From: an uncultured candidate division Zixibacteria bacterium
Lineage (GTDB): Bacteria > Zixibacteria > MSB-5A5 > RBG-16-43-9
Assembly: GCA_963713865.1 (NCBI GenBank)
Contig: OY970208.1
Span: 2,144,001-2,208,000 of the forward strand
DNA length: 64,000 bases
Direction of reading: 5' to 3'
Made by a program: the position numbers and the translations under genes. How positions within the stretch are numbered: the stretch's first letter is position 1; each line of letters opens with the position of its first letter. Of the stretch, positions 54,934 to 63,481 are shown piece after piece. The notes below the pieces were generated by a model. It was not told the DNA's origin. It made no database searches and was given only the letters and a program-made list of their open reading frames with translations.

Positions 54934-55043
54934 GCAAGATCAAGGGCAGACACGGAGGTCTGCCCCTACGATTTACGGTCACGAAACACGAATGACGGTC
55001 ACGTTTTTTTCTTTTCCTTTTTCCTTTTTCAGTCTTCCTTTTT

Positions 55044-57494
55044 CTATGCAGTCTTAACTGCTACCTTCACCTTCTTCGTCCCTTTTGGTTTCAGGTCTGA
55101 CAGGGCTTTTTTGGTGAACTCTATTTCCTCTTTGGTAACTATCTTCCTCATCTCTTCCATCACTCTCATCACCCGGGCAAATTTCTGACCTTCTGCCGCG
55201 CTAATCCACTCCAGCTGCAGTCTTTCCGGACGAATCCCTTTCTTCTCCAATTTATCCCACAGCCTTTCCACCCTTCTTTGAGTCCATCTATTCGCATCGA
55301 TATAATGACAGTCTGCAAAATGACACCCGGAAACCAAAACAATGGGAGCACCCTTCTGAAAAGCATATAAGACGAACTGTTCATCTACCCTGCCCGAACA
55401 CATTGTCCTGATCAGCCTTGAGGTAGTGGGATACTGCAATCTGGAGATGCCTGCCATATCTCCACCCGCATAGGAGCACCAGTTACAGGCAAAGACCACG
55501 ATCTTCTCCTCAGGGTTTTCATCTAAGATCGCATCTATCTGAGAGAAAATCTGCCTGTCAGTGAAATGCCTCATAGTGATGGCACCAAAAGGACACTCCG
55601 CTCCGCAGGTTCCACACCCGGCACAGGCCGCCTCGATTATCTCCGCCGGAATTTTCTTTTCACGATCGACAATTATTGATTTAAAGGGACAGGCACGGTA
55701 GCAGATCTCGCAGGCAGTACAGATTTCTTTATCTACAATCGAGGTAATGGCTTCAATTTCTAATTTATCTGAGGCTAATATAATTCCCGCACGTGCTGCT
55801 GCAGCAGATGCCTGGGTTACGCTGTCCTTTACATCTTTAGGAGACTCAGCTACTCCTGCGAAGAAGACCCCTTTGGTAGGAGCATCTATCGGTTTTAATT
55901 TGGGATGTGATTCCATATAAAATCCATCCTGGGTTCGGGAAAGAGTCAAAAGCTGCTGGATAGGGTCATTTTTCCATTTAGGCTCGTATCCGATAGATAA
56001 CACCAGCATGTCCAAATTATGCTTTTCCACCTTCCCGGTGGTGGTGTTCTCTACGGAAAGCAGAAGATTTTTGGTTTCAGGATCTTCCTCTATGTCGCCA
56101 GGGATTCCTCGAATATATTTTACTCCTGCCTCCTTGCTTCTTTTATAAAGGTCCTCAAACCCCTTGCCGAACGTCCGCATGTCCATATAGAAGACTTTCG
56201 CCTCTATGTCCGGATAATGGTCCTTTAAAAGCACTGTATCCTTAACCGTATTCATACAGCAGATATTACTGCAGTAAGGGTTCCCTCTCTTCTCCGAGCG
56301 TGAGCCTACGCACTGGATAAAACCGATGGTTTTAGGGGCTTGGTGATCAGCCGGTCTGATGAAATGCCCGCCAGTTGGACCTCCGGCGCAGATAAGCCTT
56401 TCAAATTCCAGACTGGTGATTACGTTCTCAAAGCGGGTGTAACCGTATTCATCTAATTGAGTGGGGTCATAAATATCCAAGCCCGTAGCGGCGATTATCG
56501 CCCCTACTTCTACATCGATTATCTGATCCTGCATATCGTAATCGATACATTTCTTCTCGCATACCTCAGCGCATTTCCCGCAGGCAATAGGATTATTCCC
56601 CAGACAATCATTCATATTTATCAGATAAGCAGAAGGGACGGCTTGAGGGAGTTGTATATAAATAGCTTTGCGCGAGGAGAAACCCATCTGGTATTCATCC
56701 GGCACTGCAACCGGACAAACCTTAACGCATTCTGCGCAGGAATTGCACTTGGTCTCATCCACATACCGGGCTTTTTTCCTGATCTTAACCTTAAAATTTC
56801 CAATATAACCTGAGACTTTTTCAACTTCACTGTAAGCGTAGAGCTTAATCTTCGGATGTCGACCGACATCCATCATCTTCGGTCCCAGAATTCATATGGA
56901 ACAGTCCATCGTGGGATAGGTCTTATCAATTTGTGCCATTATCCCGCCAATAGAAGGGTCTTTTTCAACCAAATAGACCTGATAACCGGTATCCGCTAAA
57001 TCTAAAGCGGCTTGAATTCCCGCTACACCTCCACCGATAACCAGAGCTTTATTCGTAACTGGAACTACCTTCTCAATCTGCGGCTCTAAAAACCTTGCAC
57101 GTGCTACTCCGATTTTCACCATATCCTTTGCCTTATCCGTAGCACCTTTCCTGTCGTGCAGATGTACCCAGGAACAATGCTCTCTCAGATTTACCATCTC
57201 CAGTAAATATGGATTCACGCCCACATCTGCCACGCAGGCTCTGAAAGTAGGCTCATGCATTCTGGGAGAACAGGAAGCCACCACTACCCGGTTGAGATTA
57301 TTTTCTTTGACATACCTTTTGATCTCATTCTGTCCCGGGTCCGCGCAGGTATATTTGTTCAAAACCGAAACCTTTACATCCGGTAGGGTCTCAGCAAATT
57401 TCCTGACCTCTTCGCAGTCTAAAGAGCCAGCGATATTCAGCCCGCATTCACACACGAAAACCCCGACCCTCAACTCTTCTGCCAAGCTACTCAC
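55044..57494 (-). CDS. hdrA: Selenocysteine-containing HdrA-MvhD fusion (816 aa, Sec UGA at 56892-56894)
   Basis: ORFs 56892..57494 and 55044..56876 are in frame via [27 protein letters not shown] motif, QCVGSR..YCS.ICC, C-terminal MvhD domain (CNWCSY, MCSGRV, GCH..DCHY). Confidence 0.9.
56854..56871 (-). promoter_or_regulatory. Putative SECIS hairpin within hdrA
   Basis: GGAUGUC-GGUC-GACAUCC; the loop starts 27 nt after the UGA. Confidence 0.75.
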
Positions 57495-57550
57495 CTCCTA
57501 TGGCTAAAGCCAAAAGTAAAGTTAAATTCATGATATCGTTTTTTTAGTTC
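57488..57550. repeat. Duplicated 3' end of the hdrD-like gene
   Basis: 57488-57517 is identical to 59066-59095 (30 nt); degenerate similarity continues for about 30 nt more. Confidence 0.9.
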
Positions 57551-57591
57551 TTATTCTTGGCTATTATTGCATAAATGCATATTAATACCTT

Positions 57592-58209
57592 TTATAAAAA
57601 TCTTTCATAACAATCTTTAATAACTATAATAACCTGTTTTCTCAATAATTTATTATTCCACCATATTATTAGACATATAACAGTGGAAGTTATCCCTACT
57701 AATAGGAATCTCATGAATTCGATTTGAACTGTAGAAATTAATAAACAATACGCAAATGCTGCGATTAATGCAAGTGGAGTTGCGATAATTAATGAAAAGT
57801 CTATCGAAATAAAATCCATCCGCTTTCTGACCCACTCGCGTAACCATTCATATCTTTTTAATTTTTCGATATCTTCCAGTTTATCAGTTTTTGTAGTAAG
57901 GATTACAGTATGAGCTTCGATGACTGGTTCGTCCTCAACAGCTGGACTAAACTGTTTATTTGCTTTCCTTAAAGCTGACCTAGACATACCCAGACAAGGA
58001 AGCCACAAATATAAACACTGTTGAAATGCAGATAAAATGTAACCTGCTGGAATAAAAGAAACACCTGCTATTACGCCAATATCACGAAAAGAATTTTCAG
58101 TTTGAGTTAGTAAACAGGGAGATATCGCCCAAATCCATCCGATTACAAGCCCCCAAAAATATGCTCCTGGAATTCCATTTCGTTCAAACCAGTTCACTCT
58201 ATTCTCCAA
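57592..58209 (-). CDS. Hypothetical membrane protein (about 4 TM), in AT-rich insert
   Basis: 205-aa ORF with two hydrophobic pairs; start codon uncertain. Confidence 0.6.
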   Translation of the reverse strand: MENRVNWFERNGIPGAYFWGLVIGWIWAISPCLLTQTENSFRDIGVIAGVSFIPAGYILSAFQQCLYLWLPCLGMSRSALRKANKQFSPAVEDEPVIEAHTVILTTKTDKLEDIEKLKRYEWLREWVRKRMDFISIDFSLIIATPLALIAAFAYCLLISTVQIEFMRFLLVGITSTVICLIIWWNNKLLRKQVIIVIKDCYERFL

Positions 58210-58244
58210 TGGCTAAAGCATATGTTATTTTAAAATATTTCATC

Positions 58245-59072
58245 TCATTTCGTTGTTGTGCTAACATATTTCCCCCAATTTTCTAATAATTCTTCTTTAC
58301 TAATATTGTTATCATTAATGATAGGGCTTATCAATTCTATCTTTTCTTCCATCAAATATTTTTTATCAACTCTCTCCAAAAAACTGATCAGTGAATCTCT
58401 AACCCATATAATATTTTCATAAGCAGTCTTCGCGCATTCATAGTTAAAAGAAGAAAAATCTTTTCCTATCTTCGAGATTGGCCAAAAATTATCTGGAAAA
58501 TTATCAGTAAGTTCATGCACTCTATCGGGCTTTAGTTTAGCTAGTACCATGAATGGTTCAGGTTTACCATGCATAATAGAATTCCTTATCTCCACCAATT
58601 CCTCGAAAAGACTAAATGCCTTTGTATTCTTTCTAAAATAGACCGCAGGTGGCGACAGTTGAGAGTTGCATAGAGTCGGTAGAAAATAGACCTTATCTAC
58701 AAGACGCCAGTAATCAATATGATTTTTTCTCTGGTGTCTACTCAGTAGATTCTTAGGCAGATCATCTTTTGCTCTAATAGAGAAATCTTTTAAAACATTA
58801 TTAGCAAATGCCTCAATTCCAGCTATACCCATAATAAAACAAGCTCTGGATGCAGACTTTTCTTTCATCCATAAATCTTGATTGAATTCTTGTGGTTTTG
58901 ATGGATCTTGTCCATGAACTTTTTGATACAATTCTCGTGCCTCATTGTAATAATATTCCATGCTATAAAATAGCGACTGGAATGGACGTCTAATATATTT
59001 AGCGAATTGCCACGGCATAGTAAATTCTTTTGTGTCAGGGTGAGATCCTGACATAATTTGAAATTTACTCAC
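58245..59072 (-). CDS. Hypothetical protein with HEPN-like RxxxxH motif, in AT-rich insert
   Basis: AGIEAFAN helix and IRNSIMHG; the family call is an inference. Confidence 0.6.
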   Translation of the reverse strand: MSKFQIMSGSHPDTKEFTMPWQFAKYIRRPFQSLFYSMEYYYNEARELYQKVHGQDPSKPQEFNQDLWMKEKSASRACFIMGIAGIEAFANNVLKDFSIRAKDDLPKNLLSRHQRKNHIDYWRLVDKVYFLPTLCNSQLSPPAVYFRKNTKAFSLFEELVEIRNSIMHGKPEPFMVLAKLKPDRVHELTDNFPDNFWPISKIGKDFSSFNYECAKTAYENIIWVRDSLISFLERVDKKYLMEEKIELISPIINDNNISKEELLENWGKYVSTTTK

Positions 59073-60216
59073 CTCCTATGGCTAAAGCCAAAAGTGTAGT
59101 TAAGTCTATAATATCAATTTTTAATTCTTCTTTCTTTTTCCCCTTTTCTTTTTCTGAACCAGACTGAGCACACTTAAAATGAATCTGGCATTTTGGACAG
59201 GCAGTTACCAGTATCTCTGCTCCAGTTGACCTTGCCTCTTTCAACCTTTCATCTTGAATCTTTTTGGAAGAAGCATCACAGTTTATCCAACCAACAGTAC
59301 CACAGCAGATAGCTTTAGCACCGCTTCTTTTCATCTCTTTAAAATCTACCCCTTTAATGCTGTTAATGACCTTACGGGGAGCTTCATATATGTTCATAAA
59401 TCTGCCCAATCTGCAGGGATCCTGGAAGGTAACTTTTTTATCCAGACCTTTTATTTTTATCTGGGGTAATCTTTCAGCTAAAAACTCGGAGATATGCATA
59501 ACCTCATAGTCAACTTTTCCCACCAAATCCGGATAATCTATTTTCAGGGTCATAAAACATTCCGGACAGGAAGTGATGATTTTCTTAGCCCCGGTTTTTT
59601 TAATCCCGTTTATATTATGTTGAGCTAATTTTTTGAAATTCTCAAAATCCCCGGTCCATAAAAGATCGTGCCCGCAGCACCTCTCATTGGGCATAATCTG
59701 AGGCTCTACTCCTAAGAGATTTAAGATTTTTAAAGTTGAGCGAGCAATATCCAGAGAACTGGCTTTAATATCTGAGAAGAATGTGTCAAAATAGGGCAGA
59801 CAGCCAACAAAGTAAAGATATTCGCCATTTTTTGAAGTTTTTAAATCGGGAGTTATCCAGCCAGTTCTGTCCTGATTCAATTCTGGTGCAGTCATTATCT
59901 TCATAAGAGAATGCAAAGCCCCACCGTGAGAGCATTTCCCTTCCTCGCCAATTTTCTTAGCCTCAAACCTTAGAAGCTTGGTGAACTCAACATAATCCAC
60001 GTCCGAAGGGCAGATATCCTGACACCTCCTGCAGGTCAGACAACTCCATAATCCTGCATCCTGCAAGACATAATCATCTGAGCGGTTCACCGTCAGAGTT
60101 ACCAGTTTTCTCGGAGAATATCCATTCTTGACATTAGCAATCGGGCAAACCGCAGTACATTTACCGCAATCAAGACAATAATAGGCTTTGGTTTTTTTGA
60201 TGATATCTTCTTTCAT
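59065..60216 (-). CDS. HdrD-like Fe-S oxidoreductase (2x4Fe-4S plus two CCG domains)
   Basis: CLDCGKCTAVCP, CLTCRRCQDICP, YFVGC..ERCCG..CPEC and DPCRLGR..CCG..CPKC. Confidence 0.88.
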   Translation of the reverse strand: MKEDIIKKTKAYYCLDCGKCTAVCPIANVKNGYSPRKLVTLTVNRSDDYVLQDAGLWSCLTCRRCQDICPSDVDYVEFTKLLRFEAKKIGEEGKCSHGGALHSLMKIMTAPELNQDRTGWITPDLKTSKNGEYLYFVGCLPYFDTFFSDIKASSLDIARSTLKILNLLGVEPQIMPNERCCGHDLLWTGDFENFKKLAQHNINGIKKTGAKKIITSCPECFMTLKIDYPDLVGKVDYEVMHISEFLAERLPQIKIKGLDKKVTFQDPCRLGRFMNIYEAPRKVINSIKGVDFKEMKRSGAKAICCGTVGWINCDASSKKIQDERLKEARSTGAEILVTACPKCQIHFKCAQSGSEKEKGKKKEELKIDIIDLTTLLALAIGGE

Positions 60217-60262
60217 AATTTTGCTTTTCGTTTTTGGCTGTTCGCTGTTCGATATTTGATGG

Positions 60263-60367
60263 TGTCATTGCGAGCGATTCCGTAATTTGCTGGAGAGCGA
60301 AGCAATCTGTTTACCCAGATTGGGCGGATTGCTTCGTCGTCCCCTACGGGAACTCCTCGCAATGACA
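60263..60367. repeat. TGTCATT-family palindromic element (mvhD-hdrD junction)
   Basis: TGTCATTGCGAG..CGAAGCAATC..GATTGCTTCG..CTCGCAATGACA. Confidence 0.85.
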
Positions 60368-60405
60368 GCTTTCATCTATCCTTCATTCATCATTTATTTT
60401 TCCCC

Positions 60406-60849
60406 TTAAACCTTTGAACTATTGAACTTTTGAACCTTTCTTAATGGGCTCGGTCCTACTTTCTTCACGTCCTCCACGAACTCCTTGATCAGTTGAGCCC
60501 ATCTCCCGCCTTCTGCGGCTGAGACCCATTCCAGTCTCAATCTTTCCTTTTCTATCCCTAACATCTTCACTAAATTCTTGGTAATCTCGAACTGCTCCAC
60601 TGCCCGGTAATTTCCGAAAACGTAATGGCAATCCCCGAAATGGCAACCTGACCACATCACCCCATCTGCACCTAATTCAAATGCTTTCAAAATAAAAGCA
60701 GGCCTGACCCTTCCTGAACACATCACCCGGATTAGCCTGACATTTGGAGGATACTGCAATCTGCCTACCCCGGCTGTATCCGCACCCGCATAAGAACACC
60801 AGTTGCAGGCAAACACTATAATTTTAGGCTTGAATATCTTTTCCGTCAT
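60406..60849 (-). CDS. mvhD: MvhD/FlpD 2Fe-2S subunit
   Basis: [26 protein letters not shown] and WVSAAEG motifs. Confidence 0.92.
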   Translation of the reverse strand: MTEKIFKPKIIVFACNWCSYAGADTAGVGRLQYPPNVRLIRVMCSGRVRPAFILKAFELGADGVMWSGCHFGDCHYVFGNYRAVEQFEITKNLVKMLGIEKERLRLEWVSAAEGGRWAQLIKEFVEDVKKVGPSPLRKVQKFNSSKV

Positions 60850-60855
60850 AATTGT

Positions 60856-61344
60856 TTACTCCCCGAAAAAAGTCTGAGCAAAAATCCCGGCTATCGGTGG
60901 AAAGATAAGGGTAGATAAAAATCTCACTATCGCAACTTTAGGACCGATTATCGCCACCTCCACAGGAATCCTGTAAACCTGCCATAAAGACCAGGCAGCC
61001 ACAAAACCAACAACTGCACCCAGACTGGCACCTGCCTTATAAAACCCTGCTACAATGGGAAAGGATATGTAAGGTGCGCCCGGGGTTAAAGCTCCAGCCA
61101 CACAACCGATTAGAATCCCCTTATATCCAGACTCAGTTCCAATCCATCTGGCTATCACCTCTTTTGGAATCAAAACCTGCATCAAACCTGCAATGGCAAA
61201 GGAAACAATTAGAATGGGCAGGATGCTGATGAACATCTTCCCACCGTTTTTAAGCCCAGCCAGTGGTAAGTCTGAACTTTTTATATAGGCTATCACACAC
61301 AATATTATAGCCAGCACAATCATCACCCAGGTCGCACCAGACAT
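60856..61344 (-). CDS. Small permease (ArsP/DUF318-like)
   Basis: Hydrophobic; LIPKE.I.RWIG and GALTPG.PY.SFP; start moved to MSGATW because the upstream part is REP sequence. Confidence 0.72.
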   Translation of the reverse strand: MSGATWVMIVLAIILCVIAYIKSSDLPLAGLKNGGKMFISILPILIVSFAIAGLMQVLIPKEVIARWIGTESGYKGILIGCVAGALTPGAPYISFPIVAGFYKAGASLGAVVGFVAAWSLWQVYRIPVEVAIIGPKVAIVRFLSTLIFPPIAGIFAQTFFGE

Positions 61345-61372
61345 TTTATTTTCCTTTATGTTTTCTGAATCC

Positions 61373-61433
61373 GCGTAGGGGCGGAGTTTACCTCCGCCCT
61401 TGGGGACGGGTGGAGACAAGCTCCACCCCTACG
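61373..61433. repeat. REP doublet at the 3' side of the second RAYT
   Basis: GTAGGGGCGGAGTTTACCTCCGCCC..GGGTGGAGACAAGCTCCACCCCTAC; direct repeat of 61911-61972. Confidence 0.9.
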
Positions 61434-61875
61434 CAAATAGCTCATTTCTTTCTTTCTCCAACTCTTTCTTCAATCGATTATTTAAAATATATTGTGCTTT
61501 TTCAAGATAATCCTTCTCATTTCTAATCACATGATCATAAAATCCTCTCTGCCAAATCTTTTCACTGACACCAAATTCTTCTCGTATGTCTTTAGCAGTA
61601 ACAGATTTAAACCTCTGAATAAGTTGGGATAAAGTGTAATTCTGTTTCTGATTGAAAAACAAAATCAGATGTATATGATCTGGCATAACGCAGAAATGAT
61701 CGATCTCCAACTTATCTATTCTATTTAAATCTTTAAGATTTTTCTCTGCAATCTCCTTAAATGGAATTGTTTTAAAATACCCCTTTTTATTATTACAACT
61801 GATCGTGACAAAGTAAGCCCCTTCAGAGGAATAATCATAATCCTTTAATCTTAATGAGTTCTTTCTTCTGTACAT
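61429..61875 (-). mobile_element. REP-associated tyrosine transposase (RAYT, HUH Y1)
   Basis: RRKNSLRLKDYDYS..GAYFVTI, MPDHIH, WQRGFYDHVIRN, YI.NN; flanked by REP doublets. Confidence 0.9.
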
Positions 61876-61910
61876 TGCTTCTCTTTCTCTGCTCTTTATC
61901 TATTCAGTTC

Positions 61911-61972
61911 GCGTAGGGACGGAGTTTACCTCCGCCCTTGGGGAAGGATGGAGATAAGCTCCACCTCTATGC
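61911..61972. repeat. REP doublet at the 5' side of the second RAYT
   Basis: GTAGGGACGGAGTTTACCTCCGCCC..GGATGGAGATAAGCTCCACCTCTATGC. Confidence 0.9.
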
Positions 61973-62710
61973 TATTGATCTCTTATACAACTCCAAAGTT
62001 TTATCTATCGTTTCTAAATGTTCCTTTTCATGCTCTAAAAATCTTCTTAACACTTTTCCAAACGTCCATTTTTCATCTTTATATTTAGCATATTTCTTGG
62101 GGATATTTATTCTATTTTTATCTTCTTGGGAAAGATTTTTCAAAATCTTTACAGCTAATTCCCTGGTCTTTTTTAATTTCTCAAATATTTTTCCCGGTGG
62201 GCATTTATATACATAGGGTAAAGCATAAAGCTCCTTGTAATCTTTCATCCTGGAAAGATACCACCACTCGGCATTGGCAATATGATTTAAAGTATCTCTG
62301 ATAGAACGTTTATCTTTGTTTGCTTTCCAGTCTAATGTCTCATCCGATAATTTTCTGACCTTATTCAAAAGCTCTTTCCGGTTATATCCCATCCATTTCA
62401 GACATTTTTTAATAAAATCTTTCGTTGGTGGAATTAAATCGTAAGAGAACAAAGCAGCCTTGCTTCCGCTGATAAGGGGGCAAGTTCCTTTCTGGGTCTC
62501 CACGATTTCGAACTCAATCTTCTTAGGAATTAGCAAACTTTTCTCACCATTTTTCTTTAGATATTCAAGATGTTCTTTTATCACTTCAGGAATTTTTTTT
62601 AAAGCTTTCTTTTCAGTTTTATCCCAGACAAAACATCCTGGGAGTTCCCGGACGTGAGCCATACAATAACCTTTTTTATCAACTTCAAGATAAACTTGAT
62701 ACTTTCTCAT
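61967..62710 (-). CDS. HicB-like N-terminal domain fused to a DinB-like domain
   Basis: AHVRELPGC..EKKAL..I.E.I (HicB-like); RSIRDTLNHIA.AEWWY and HEKEH (DinB-like); start moved to MRKYQV. Confidence 0.7.
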   Translation of the reverse strand: MRKYQVYLEVDKKGYCMAHVRELPGCFVWDKTEKKALKKIPEVIKEHLEYLKKNGEKSLLIPKKIEFEIVETQKGTCPLISGSKAALFSYDLIPPTKDFIKKCLKWMGYNRKELLNKVRKLSDETLDWKANKDKRSIRDTLNHIANAEWWYLSRMKDYKELYALPYVYKCPPGKIFEKLKKTRELAVKILKNLSQEDKNRINIPKKYAKYKDEKWTFGKVLRRFLEHEKEHLETIDKTLELYKRSIA

Positions 62711-62811
62711 ATTTTTTGTTTCCCTTCTTGCAGGGCTGGGAGCCCTGCCTACGGGAACAAAAGATTTTGTTTTTCGTAGGTCGGGCACCTTTGCTCGACC
62801 GATTTCATCGC

Positions 62812-63285
62812 TTATTTATAACCGTACAAATCCGGGGGTTTAATACCCAACAGTCGTAAGTAAGTAAACAGCTGACCCCGGTGATGCCAGTGCTCATCAT
62901 GTATTGATGAAAAGCAAATCCAGGTTGGGAATTGGTCTCCCCAGAATACCTTCACATTCTTTTTCATCTGAGTTGGCGTGAGCTTTTTTGCGATTCGGTT
63001 AGTATTTTGATGAACCTTCTTGGCATATTTGATTAAATCATCTATGCTCTTAGCTTCACACGTAGCCTTTTTGAAATCGTCCTCAGAGATAACACCTTTC
63101 TTAGCTCCGTCTGCAAATACTTTCTCACTTTTATAAATATGACAGACCAGCTCTTTTATGGACATAACTTCTGGACAGGGTTTGAAATCGAGCTTGTCCT
63201 CAGGAATTAACTTAATCGCTTTCAAGGTTACCTTATGAACTTTATCAAAGTAACCGAGCATACCCATCACATCTTTTTTCTCCAT
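62812..63285 (-). CDS. DinB family protein
   Basis: LDFKP..MSIKELV.HI and HEHWHHRGQL..YLR..G..PP-like C-terminal motif. Confidence 0.85.
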   Translation of the reverse strand: MEKKDVMGMLGYFDKVHKVTLKAIKLIPEDKLDFKPCPEVMSIKELVCHIYKSEKVFADGAKKGVISEDDFKKATCEAKSIDDLIKYAKKVHQNTNRIAKKLTPTQMKKNVKVFWGDQFPTWICFSSIHDEHWHHRGQLFTYLRLLGIKPPDLYGYK

Positions 63286-63481
63286 AAGACCTCCTTCTAA
63301 AATTAATTCTGTGTAGGGGCGAGGTTTCCTCGCCCTTAATTGGGGCAGGGGAACCCTGCCCTTACAAAAATCATTATTCTCAGTGCTTTTCCGTCAGGTC
63401 AGTCCTCCTTAGGTGGACGACGGATACAAATCCGTTTTGCTATAAGGGCACGTTGTCCGCCAAAGGCGGATGCCCCTACTT

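Noticed and set aside
60406-60849. Selenocysteine in MvhD modules
   Set aside because: Both the free and the fused MvhD have Cys codons at the relevant positions and no in-frame UGA.
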